A DNA stretch of 63,498 bases, the filler included, from Octopus bimaculoides (taxonomy: Eukaryota), in assembly GCF_001194135.2 (NCBI RefSeq). It is 4 parts of 4 records of this genome, joined end to end, with 100 filler letters (N's around TTAATTAATTAA, not from the genome) between each part and the next. Parts side by side here need not be neighbours in the genome. Positions count along the whole stretch, not along the records: positions 8,208 to 35,367 come from NC_068999.1; 3 more parts are not named here. One strand, 5' to 3'. Numbering within the stretch: position 1 is the stretch's first letter; each line of letters starts with the position of its first letter. The notes under the pieces were generated by a model. The model was not told the origin of the DNA. It did not search any database and saw only the letters and a list, made by a program, of their open reading frames with translations. A program made the translations under genes and the position numbers. Of the stretch, positions 11,385-22,218 are shown piece by piece.

Positions 11385-14300
11385 ATGGCTACACTATGCA
11401 TTGCGTGTTTAAATATCCATGGCCTGGGTTTGAAGAGGAAGTAGGCTTGCCTCCTCGACGACCTCAAGTCACACAGAATTGATATTATGGTTGCTACAGA
11501 GACCAGGCTGGACAAGCTGCAGGCCTTCTCAACTTTCCTGAATGGCTATGAGAAAATCATGTCTCCTAGCCAGAAGGGCGGGGAGTAGAGGTGTTGTAGT
11601 TTTGCTCCGGAAAAGCCTGGCCCTGCAGACACATACAATCTTTGTGGACCCAGAAGGCAAGTCAGTCATTCTGGATCTGACATACAGAGGTAAGGCCTTC
11701 AGGCTGGTTGGCATCTATGCGCCTAGCATGCTAGGCAAACGGGATGAGTTCTATCGATGCCTGGAGAACTTTGTTGTGACATCAAGGACACTAGTTTTGC
11801 TAGGTGATTTTAATGCTATCCTGAATGCACGCCTGGATAGCGTAGGCTTGAATGTTAGGATTCTGGATGCATGCCTGGATAGCGTAGGCTCGAATGTTAG
11901 GACGTGTAACTCATGTCTCATCGATCTGCTGAAGCGATTTAGGCTGGCAGATCAATACAGACTTGATAATCCGAGCATTCCAATGTGGACTTGGTCTAAT
12001 AACAACGTATAGTTAATGCTAGAGATAAGTCTAGTTTAAGCTGTCCACAGTTTACCTATGTACCCTACATGGATCACAAATTAGTGACGTGTAGGCTGCA
12101 TATAGATAAGGTTCATAGACAGGGATCTGGAAGTTGAACAAGTCCTTATTGGATTGCGAAACTTACTATAGCCAGATTAAGGTGTTAGTAATGAGAGCAC
12201 TAACTAGCTCTGTGATTAACAACCGGTGGTGGAGTGCCCTCAAAAGAGCCATTCAACTTGAGTCGATTAGATTTAGCAAACAGTTAAGTCTAGAACAGAC
12301 TAGAGTAGAAAGGGAATTAATTAAGGCATTCGAAGAGGTGCTGAGGATGGGCTCTGCACCACAAGTGTTGGCAGTGAGACAGGCCCTGGACCGATACCTC
12401 AATGCCAAACACAAAGGATGCAAAATGCACGCTAAAATATGTGCACTGGGCCGCAAGGGTATCAACATTGCTGGGTGGGCTCACTCAGAAGAAACCCGAC
12501 ATGGTGTGGAGGCTACAATAAGGTCTGTGGTAGACGAGCATGGACAGGAGATCCAAGGACAAGAAGAAATGTGCAAGGCCTTTCACGAGCACTTTGCTAC
12601 ATTGTTCAGGAGGATCGGGATGCTGGACCATGGGGACGCCCTCCAGCATTTCCTGGCTGGCAGCCCGCGTCTTTCAGCACATGACGCTGAGCGTTGTGAA
12701 GGGCCAATCACGGCCGAGGAGGTTATAGAGGTGCTTTCCGAGTGCCCCAGGGACAAGTCGCTGAGATTGGATGGTCTACCTTACTAATTTTATAAAAGCA
12801 CGCCAGACTTGTTTGGGAACGTACTGTCCAGTGTGTATGCAAATTGGCAGCAGAAAGGGAGAATTTCCAAATCTGTGAGCCAGGAAGTGGTGACACTGAT
12901 CAGGAAGGACCCAAGCAAGGGGGATAACATTAATAATTTTTGGCCCATATATTCTCTGCTAAACACAGAGTTAAAGATTTTGGCCAAGGTGCTAGCCAAG
13001 AGAGTGAGGATTGTCATGGGTGACCTGGTGGGAGAGGCACAGACATGTGCCATCCTAGGAAGGATGATAGATGACAACCTTCATCTCATTTGCTACACCA
13101 TAGAGAGGGTTGGTAAAGTTCCTGGCAAAGGTGGGACACTAGTGAATTTAAACCAGTCTAAGGCATTCGATAGGGTTGACCATTGGTATCTGGTGGTGGT
13201 CCTCTGGGCAGTTGGACTGGGCTCGACTTACTGAGGCTGGATCGAAGCTCTGTATTGCAACATCGAATCTGTCATCCGGGTGAATGGGTTCTTCTTGAAC
13301 CCTTTCGCGATCGCGTGTTCAGTTCACCAGGGCTGCCCCTTGTCCCCGCTGCTGTATGTATTGGCTCTTGAGCTACTGCTGCGGAGGTTGGGGACGATGG
13401 GGACAGACCCGCGTGATCTGTGTTACACTAGAAGTGCGACGGCATATTTGGATGATGTTACCATCCCCGTATCTGATGAAGAGCAGCTACCTTATGTAGA
13501 AGACGCTAAGAAAGGATACGAAGCAGTATTAGGGGCAAAAATTAACCAGGAGAAATCAGTCGGCTTGCAACTTGGCACCTGGCGTGGCAAGTTGATGCCT
13601 CCCAACAGCGTCGTCAGACGCTGGATGGAGGGCCCAGTTAAATTGCTCAGAATCTGGTTTGGACCAGATCTTCAGGTGGAGAAAAACTGGAGCAAGATAA
13701 CATCCTCCCAGACCTGGTCCGGGAGGACGTTATCTTTAGTAGGAAGGGCTGAGGTTGCACAGGTATTTATAGCATTGGTGATAACCTACCGCCTAACCGT
13801 CATGCCTTGCCCTGATTTGTGACTGACCAAGTTGGAATGGATCCTTTTCCGCTTTTTGTGGAAAGAGAAAATGCCACTTGTGAGGTGCTCCATCTGCTGC
13901 CAAAAACCTTTAAAGGGTGGACTGGGGATACCTTGGTTGATGATGCGCAAGTACGTGCTGAGGCTGAGACATCTCTGGTGCTACCTGGATGGTGAGCAGG
14001 TGTGGTCACCACATGTCAAGCAACTCTTTCCACAACTGAAGTCCCTCAGGAACTTAGGTACATGGATCAAGTGGAGACCTAGGATGGGAGTATGGCAGAG
14101 GGAGTGCAGACGAGCACTCACTTTGTTCTCTTGGGTGAGCAATACTGGCAGTAGGGTTACTACTGCAGATTTTTATAGAGGGTTGATAGAGTCCGACGAT
14201 GTCCTAGGGGAGACTCTGGGCTTCGATGAGGAGTAACTGACCAACCTGTTCAGAAGGACGTTTGGGTCGAGGTATCTGGATAACTTCCAGAAATCTTTGG

Positions 14301-14783
14301 CTTGGTTGTGCTACTGATCGGCCTAACCGGTTTGAGAGAGGTTGTCTAGACACGGTTTTGACACCTCACCCACATGCCCGAGCTGCGGGCACATCAGTGA
14401 AACTGTTGCACACGCCTTAGTATACTGTAAGGAGTTGAGGGAGTTGATAACTTATGTCAAACAACTGATGTTAAATGCAGAGAGAGTACGGCTCTTGACT
14501 GAGTCCATGATTAAGACCATACTGCCTTCTTCCTTCAACAAGGAAAAGAAGGCATCTTTTTTTCTGCTTAGTAACCATACTGAAAGAAACGGTATGGAAG
14601 ACACGAGCGAAAGGGATTGGGACTGGTCACTTCATCTCCGTACACGGGTTGGTAAGTTATTTCAACTTCCACCTGTTGAGAAAGATCCATCTGGAGAAAA
14701 GGTGCCTGTCGCAAAGTATGTTTGGAAAAAGATGAATGTCTGTAGTAAGGAAGCTGAGGATGAATGGGGCCGTGCTAGCATAG
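11385..14783 (+). pseudogene. Tx1/L1 ORF2: APE endonuclease, reverse transcriptase, C-terminal zinc knuckle; multiple stops/frameshifts
   Basis: MATLCIACLNIHGL, ATETRLD, LLGDFNAIL, QSKAFDRVDH, VHQGCPLSPLLY, AYLDDVT, LSLVGRAEVAQV, CPSCGHISETVAHALVYC. Confidence 0.9.
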
Positions 14784-16718
14784 CTGGTCAAGGAGAAAAG
14801 AAAAAAAACCAAAGGAGAAAAAAAAACGGCGGGTTAACTATAAAAAATAACCTGGAATATTATTTTATAAATTTTTAATTGTATATAATTTTATTTCATC
14901 CTTTTATTTGATTTTTTCTATTTCATTGTAATGCAAACCATTTGTAAGAATGTAAGTGTTTGTCTCATGTAGTGGCCCTTCTATGTATATCTTTATAGGT
15001 AAATAAAGTAATTCTTTTGGTTCCAGACTTTTTAAGGTTTAGCCACTGACCACACAAGACACTGCCAGTTCCAGCGACAACACAACAGCAGCCACATGGA
15101 AATTCACCAACTTCATCTAACAGCATTCGGTGACCTCCATCTCTGTCGCCACCATTCATCCTAACGTCAACATCTCTCTACGTACACAACTCAACAAGCA
15201 ACTCGCTCTGGTTACAACACTGCACTGTTTGTGAATTACTTCACCATAGATCAACAGCGAATATACAACCTGCGAGAACTCCTGTATCAAGTGATCCAGG
15301 CAGCAGCATTACAGCCACAACGTCACATACTGCAACCGGCTTTGCATCATCGCCGCAACTTCTTGATACAGTATTTCAACTATCGTGTACAATTGACTAC
15401 GAACTGGTATTTATCATTCTTGTGTCTATGAACTTACTCCTCACTTCGATGGCTATTGACTCTTTCACTGCCTCTTCTTCATTGCCATCCTTATATGTTC
15501 TTAACATGCATACGTCTATGCCTACATACACACGCATACATATTATTCTTATGACGGCCTGTAAATATGTTGCACACACTATCACAGATGTTTACCTATC
15601 AATAAATTTTCTCTTAAACATTCTACCTGGTTGTGTCTCGTATTTCCCTCTGGCACATATATGCATTGTTCTACTTATACTTATTGCATCGACTGTGTGA
15701 TGTACTAAGGAGCCATTCTCATCATCTCACTTTGCACAGACGTCACAAATCGGCGACTCGTTCCAGCTCCTTGAAACTACAAAACAATTATAATGAGAGA
15801 AAGAGATACTCCACAGGTATTATAAACCTTCCATTCCATTATAAGTTAAAAAGAAGAAAAGAAAAAGTAAAAAGTTAGGCTTGTGGACTTTTGGATTAGG
15901 TGCCTCAGATCTCACGAGAAACTTAAGTTTTAGTATTTCAGTGTTTCGTAGAACAGAAACTGCAATTCTGGAGAAAAAAAAAAAAAAAATGGCCGCAGTC
16001 TAATGACTGAAACAAGTGATGGATATATTTAATTCTTTTTCTTTGCTTTTTATCAGTTGTACTGTGGGTAGCGTTTAGTCGCTGTGATGTATAGTATTTG
16101 TAAGAAATTAACATTCATTTTTAAATATTTTATTGATGGTATTTATTTCTAATTAATACCATTGGTAATTTAATTAAAATGCGTAATTTCTTATTTCTGA
16201 CTTTTGGCACTGAGCGATTAAAGTTGATGTGTTGAACAAAAACTAATAGGACTTTTTAAATCAACGTCTACAAATTGCTCTATGTCACCTGCGAAACAGT
16301 AAAACTGTTGCACACCTGTTATTTGACAGTGGTCACTATGTTTCTTCTATCTCCTTTTTCTTTCTTTCTTTCTTCCCCCTCACTACCACTTCTGTTTTAA
16401 TATAGTCCACCGGATGTACTGTATCTACCACTTTTAAGTGAGATTTCAAATTCATTAAACTCGATCGTATCAATAATTATAATTTGTATCAATAGCATTA
16501 TCTTACCCAAAACTAGGTGAAATATAACCCTTGTCCATTCATTCATTTGGTTAGTTCGTTTTGAAAATAAGGAGGTTGAAATACAAGTAGCAACGACTTA
16601 GTACAGCTAGTGATGCCTGTACACTAGGCGTATTTTTGCTCGTTACCTTAACTTTGTTAATGAACTAGATGGAAGTCACAATTCATTGAAAACGCTACTG
16701 TAGCAAGAGGAAAATAAT

Positions 16719-16971
16719 ATGTATAGCTCAGAAGAGGTACATCTCGCACAAAAAATGGAGTATGAATACTCTATGGATGATCTAAACTTTCTTCCACCTG
16801 ACCAAAACAGTTTTTTAAAATTACCTTCCATTCGGATACGGAAAACTATTTTAAAAATTGCGATCGCAGCGGCATTTGTACTTTTATGTATATTACTTAC
16901 ATATCTCTTGCTCCATAGGAAACATTTAGGCACAACGTTTGCAGTACCTAATAGCAAGGATACTTTTTCGG
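16719..16971 (+). CDS. Probable first coding exon of a type II single-pass membrane protein (family unidentified)
   Basis: ATG with A at -3. About 43-aa N-tail ending in RIRK, hydrophobic span IAIAAAFVLLCILLTYLLL, short stem, then consensus donor CGG|GTAAGT (phase 1). Not TE-like. No downstream exon identified. Confidence 0.6.
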
Positions 16972-17068
16972 GTAAGTAAATATTTTTATTGTGTAAATTG
17001 GAATAGGGTAATTTTGTTGAATATTCTCTCCCCCATTCTCTCTTTCTATATAATGTGTGTGCGCCTGT

Positions 17069-17113
<45 letters not shown>

Positions 17114-18142
17114 GCTAACAGGTTTAGCCATAAAGCTAAACCTTTTATGGTCAGGAAACCTAAGGTAATCTCAACAAATCTGGTCAGTTACGATTTCATG
17201 TGGAATAGGCTCCAGTGACTAGTCTCAACTTTTGGCACACTCTTTTCTGAGCCTCTCAATCAGTATAAAAAACAACACACGCGACCACTAGACCCAGAGA
17301 ATTTTGGGATGTAGCAGAGATGACCGACACTCAGCATGACAAACAGACACAGGCAGTTGCTGAATTGAGCTAATATCATGGCGAACAGCAATACAGCTTG
17401 ACTTTCGACATGACGAACTATCTACAGCAACACAATGACTGGCAGTAACCTTTCTTATACTATTTCATTTAGAATAACATCCAGACTCTCTCAACATTTA
17501 TGGTAATACAATTTCAATAACATTTAAACTCTCTCAACATTTGTCATCATACTATTTCAATTACACCAAGCACAATAATATTCAAACTTTCTCAACCAGA
17601 AATAAAGTTTGTTCATAAAAAACCTCAACAGATTTCATTGTTTTCTTTTGTCTTCAACTGTTGACCTTTGATGCTAGAAATAACACCCGGCATCCAACAG
17701 CTGTCAGCTCCCAACATCAGCAGTTATATACAGCAAATCAACTCAGGCTTAAGTGGTTCCAACATCAGTCAGCCACAATTTCATTTAAAAATTCCCATTT
17801 GGTGGTGGTGGTGGGGAATTGAAATTTTTCAAAATTTTTTTTTTCAGAATCGGAATCTCCATAGCCTAAAACGTGGGATTCCGTAAAAAAATTAATAAAT
17901 AAGGGGGGGAAAGGTTCAGATTACATATAGTCCGTCTCTACCAAAGAATTAAAGCTGACGTGTGAATTAAAAAAAAATTCCTCGCCCCACCCTCAGAAAA
18001 TATTTTTCACCACAAACTCCAATATAATCGCAATCTACACCATCTAAAATTTGCAGAAAATTTTATTAAAAAATATCTACTTTTCTGGAACTTATGAGGA
18101 AACAAAGTCAAGGTTAATCTCGGAATCCTGGTATAAACTTTA

Positions 18143-18239
18143 GGCATAACTACAGGGTTTTACCCCCCAGACTTTAGGAGGTCATTTCTGAAAGTTATGA
18201 CCTCCCAAAGTCTGGGGGGTAAAACCCTGTAGTTATGCC
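18143..18239. repeat. 97-bp palindrome (43-bp arms, 1 mismatch, 11-nt spacer), MITE-like
   Basis: ggcataactacagggttttaccccccagactttaggaggtcat / atgacctcccaaagtctggggggtaaaaccctgtagttatgcc. Confidence 0.9.
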
Positions 18240-18261
18240 ATATATATATATCTATATTTAT

Positions 18262-18565
18262 ATCTTACATATTAAAATTGAAAATGTCTGTGTGTGTATC
18301 GGTATCTCCTCATTTTGCGCCAAAATGGCGTGACTGATTCTTCGTAAAATTCACACGCACATTGCTTATGTGTCTTGGGAGGTTTCAAATATGAATTGAT
18401 TTCGAAAAAATGTTTGGGTAAACGGCGGGAGGAATAACATTTGGGCGCGTTTGAACGGCGGCCTCAATTATTTTAAGCTTCGATGGGAAATAACCCATTC
18501 CCTCCTTCGTAACTTATTTTTTAAGCTTCCAAGGGAAATAACCCATTCCTTCCTTCATAAATTAT
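18262..18565 (+). mobile_element. Possible non-autonomous Helitron-like element with internal ~50-bp tandem duplication
   Basis: Begins ATCTTACATATTAAAATTGAAAATGTCTGTGTGTG. Duplicated ttaagcttc…gggaaataacccattcc unit at about 18470-18560. Confidence 0.35.
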
Positions 18566-19181
18566 TTGGTAAAGATGAAATTGAGTATACTAATTTCTTA
18601 ATATTTGAACTATTTTAGTTATTTTCTCAATTTATCCAGTACAAGGCTTAAACAAGTTAATAGTATTCCCCAAGACAATATATCCACTTATTTCGGTTAG
18701 TGACTTATTCACGAATATACCAACACCAGCGCTACTAAATATAATATTCTCTGGGAACGCACAAAAGCTTTTTCACAGTTAGTTACGTTCAATTGTTATC
18801 TCATATCTAATTAGCCTGTTATTACATAACATGTTTCACGATTTTAGTATACATACCTTATTAGTATTTCCTCCTATGTTCTATATACTCTGGAAACATA
18901 TTAAAGCCCTTTTGGGGGTTATTTTATTTGAATTCTTACTATAGGGTAATTAATTTCATGTTATTACATAACTGACTTCACAATTGGGTATTCATAACTT
19001 ATTGGGAATTCCTAAAAACAAGATCCTTTGTAAGACAGTTCGGTATTCTCAGTAAATACGCAAAAACTGTTTTAAGAGCTACATACTTTGTAGTGTTGTT
19101 ACTGGATTAGCAAAACAGTTATGAGAATGGAACTACGGGATAAGCCTGCTCTCCCGGGAAATTACTGGGCATGTCACCTGG

Positions 19182-19218
<37 letters not shown>

Positions 19219-19329
19219 ATGTATATATATACATGTGTGCATATGTATATATATGTGTATATATATGTATATACATGTATGTATATATATGTATTTACAT
19301 GTATATATATATTTGTATAGGTTGATTGC

Positions 19330-20600
19330 ATCCCTAGAAAAAATAACTTGCTGAATGAGACCCAGCATGGTTTCCGTCCAGGTAGAAGCTGCCTCACGCA
19401 GCTCTTGCAGCATTATGACTGGGTCCTGAAGCAGCTACTTGACCATTCAAATGTTGATGTGACAAAGTTGATCATGGCTTGATATGTCACAAGCTGCAAT
19501 ACCTTGGCATAGCTGGTAAATTAGGAGAATGGCTGCATGTATTCCTGAATGGTAGAAGTCAGACAGTTGCAGCCAATGGAGAATTATCTAGGGAAACACA
19601 AATATTGAGCGGTGTTCTGCTAGGAACTGTCCTGGGGCCACTACTGTTCATAGTAGCTCTTCTGGACATGCCCACGGTCACTCGGAGAGCCACTGTCACT
19701 AACTACGCTGATGACACAAAACTATCTCAGGCAATAAAGAATCCTGATGATATCATAAACCTGCAGAGTGACCTAAATGCAATATACAAGTGGGCAGAGC
19801 AAAATAATATGCAGTTCAATGCAAAAAAATTCCAAGTACTGCGCTACAAGGCCACAAGTGCCCCCCAACTGGCATACACAGGATCTGGAGGTACTGCTAT
19901 CCCAGAACCACAATCAGTGAGAGACCAGGGCATCAACATGTGTAGTGATGCATCATTTCAAATGAACATTGTCAAGTTGACAGCAAAGTGCAGACAACTG
20001 GCAAGGTGGATACTGAGGACATTCCGAACAAGGGATCAAAAAGTCATGTTGACTCTATGGAAGACATTTGTTCTGAGCCGCCTAGACTATTGCTCTCAAT
20101 TGTGGTCATCACAGTGTCAAGCTGACAGCAGAACTCGAGGCAATTCAGCATCACTATACAAAAAAGATCGTCACAGTCCAGCAGATGAACAACAGGGAGC
20201 GACTCAAGGCACTAGATCTCTACTCCCTGGAGCGCAGGTGGGAAAGATATGTAGTAATTTACATATGGAAAATACTGGAAGGACTGGCACCAAACTTTGG
20301 CATCAAGTGCTACACGAATGCCCGCACGGGTTGCCACTGCATGGTACCGAAGGTACCGTCCACTGCATCTCACATAAGAACAAGGTACTGCAACAGCCTC
20401 GGTTTCAGAGGATCTCAGCTCTTTAATGCCCTGCCAAAACAATTGAGAGACCTGCAAGACATGGATATAGAGGTTTTCAAAACAAAACTCGACACTTTCC
20501 TCTACACAATACCAGACGAACCAATGACTCAAAATGAGACACAGTTTCAGGCAGCGATATCAGATACTCTTATACACTAGATGTACCATCAAAACTCTTG
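19330..20600 (+). mobile_element. 5'-truncated CR1-group LINE (RT and C-terminus), decayed
   Basis: QHGFRPGRSCLTQLL, GVLLGTVLGPLLFIV, NYADDTK, SRLDYCSQLWS, YSLERRWERY. Small deletion over the DFAKAF motif. Confidence 0.85.
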
Positions 20601-20756
20601 ATTGGACTATATCAGGTGGAGGAGAAGANNNNNNNNNNNNNNNNNNNNNNNNNNNNNNNNNNNNNNNNNNNNNNNNNNNNNNNNNNNNNNNNNNNNNNNN
20701 NNNNNNNNNNNNNNNNNNNNNNNNNNNNTATCTTTATATATGTGTATGTATATATT

Positions 20757-22140
20757 TGCTTACCCAGTGTAAGCTATGGACATATAAGAGCTGCTGCAAT
20801 ATCCAAAGGGAGGCTAACTAGTAAGATAGTTTTTGTATGTTGCAGATGTTCAGGAGCAATAAACACTGAAAATGTGCAGAGAACAACTTCTGCCACATTC
20901 CAGGGTGAAAAACTAGAAGTGGTTGATAGCTTCCGATATCTAGGTGACCAAGTCAGTAGCGGGGAAGGGTGCGCTGAAAGTGTAGCTGCTAGAATAAGAA
21001 TAGCCTGGGCAAAGTTCAGAGAGCTCTTACTTCTACTGGTGACAAAGGGCCTCTCGCTCAGAGTAAAAAGCAGACTGTATGATGCATGTGTACGAACAGC
21101 CATGCTACATAGTGAAACATGGGCTGTGACTGCTGAGGACATGCGTAAGCTCGCAAGGAATGAAGCCAGTATGCTCCAATGGATGTGTAATGTCAGTGTG
21201 CATACTCGACAGAGTGTAAGTACCTTGAGAGAAAAGTTGGACCTAAGAATCATCAGTTGTGGTGTGTAAGAGAGACGACTGCGCTGGTATGGTCACTTGG
21301 CGAGAATGGATGAGGATAGCTGTGTGAAAAAGTGCCACAGCCTAGCAGTTGAGGGTATCTGTGGAAGAGGTAGACCCAGGAAGTCCTGGGATGAGGTGGT
21401 GAAGCACGACCTTCGAACATTAGGCCTCACCGAGGCAATGACTAGCAACCGAGACCTGTGGAAATATGCTTTGTGTGAAAAGACAAGTGAGACCATAACC
21501 GTGGCCTTTACCAGGATTGTGGGCAGCCCACTTATGCGTACCTTTCCTTCTTTGGACACAAAACCCTGCTTGCGAAGACCTGTTGAGACAAGTGAAATCA
21601 AAATCGAAATTGAACCAATTTTGATGACTGGCACCCATGCCAGCCTTCCCTCATTAGACACTAAATTCAGCTTGTGAAGACCTGTTGGGGCAAGTGAGAT
21701 CGAAACTGAACCAAATTTGATGACCGGCACCCGTGCCAGTGGAGCGCTAACAGCACCATCTGAGCGGGATCACTGCCAGAGCAGCGGTCTCGCTCCTGTG
21801 CCGGTGGCACGTAAAAAATACCATTTGAGCGCGATTGTTTCTAGCTTTGCCTTACTGGCACTTGTGCCGGTGGCATGTGAACAAAACATTGACTGACTCC
21901 TGTGCAGGTGGCATATAAAAAACACTATTTGAGCGCGGGCTGGCCCTCGTGCTGGTGGCACGTAAAAAGCACCCACTACACTCTCGGAGTAGTTGGCGTT
22001 AGGAAGGGCATCCAGCTGTAGAAACTCTGCCAGATCAGATTGAAGTCTGGTGTATCTATCTGCTTCGCCAGTCCCCAGTCAAATAGTCCAACTCCTGCTA
22101 GCATGGAAAGCGGACGTTAAAGGATGATGATGATAATGAT
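20757..22140 (+). mobile_element. RTE-clade LINE 3' part (copy 1) with GC-rich repetitive 3' UTR and (GAT)n tail
   Basis: FVCCRCSG, VVDSFRYLGD, RIRIAWAKFREL, RRLRWYGHLARM, GRGRPRKSW, then ...cggacgttaaaggatgatgatgat. Confidence 0.9.
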
Positions 22141-22145
22141 ATATA

Positions 22146-22216
<71 letters not shown>

Positions 22217-22218
22217 AG

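Larger units (their letters stand above)
9562..15010 (+). mobile_element. Near full-length, decayed Tx1/L1-clade LINE (ORF1 + ORF2)
   Basis: Two successive broken ORFs: ORF1 then APE-RT-CCHC ORF2. AT-rich 3' UTR with aaataaag near 15001. Outer boundaries approximate. Confidence 0.85.
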
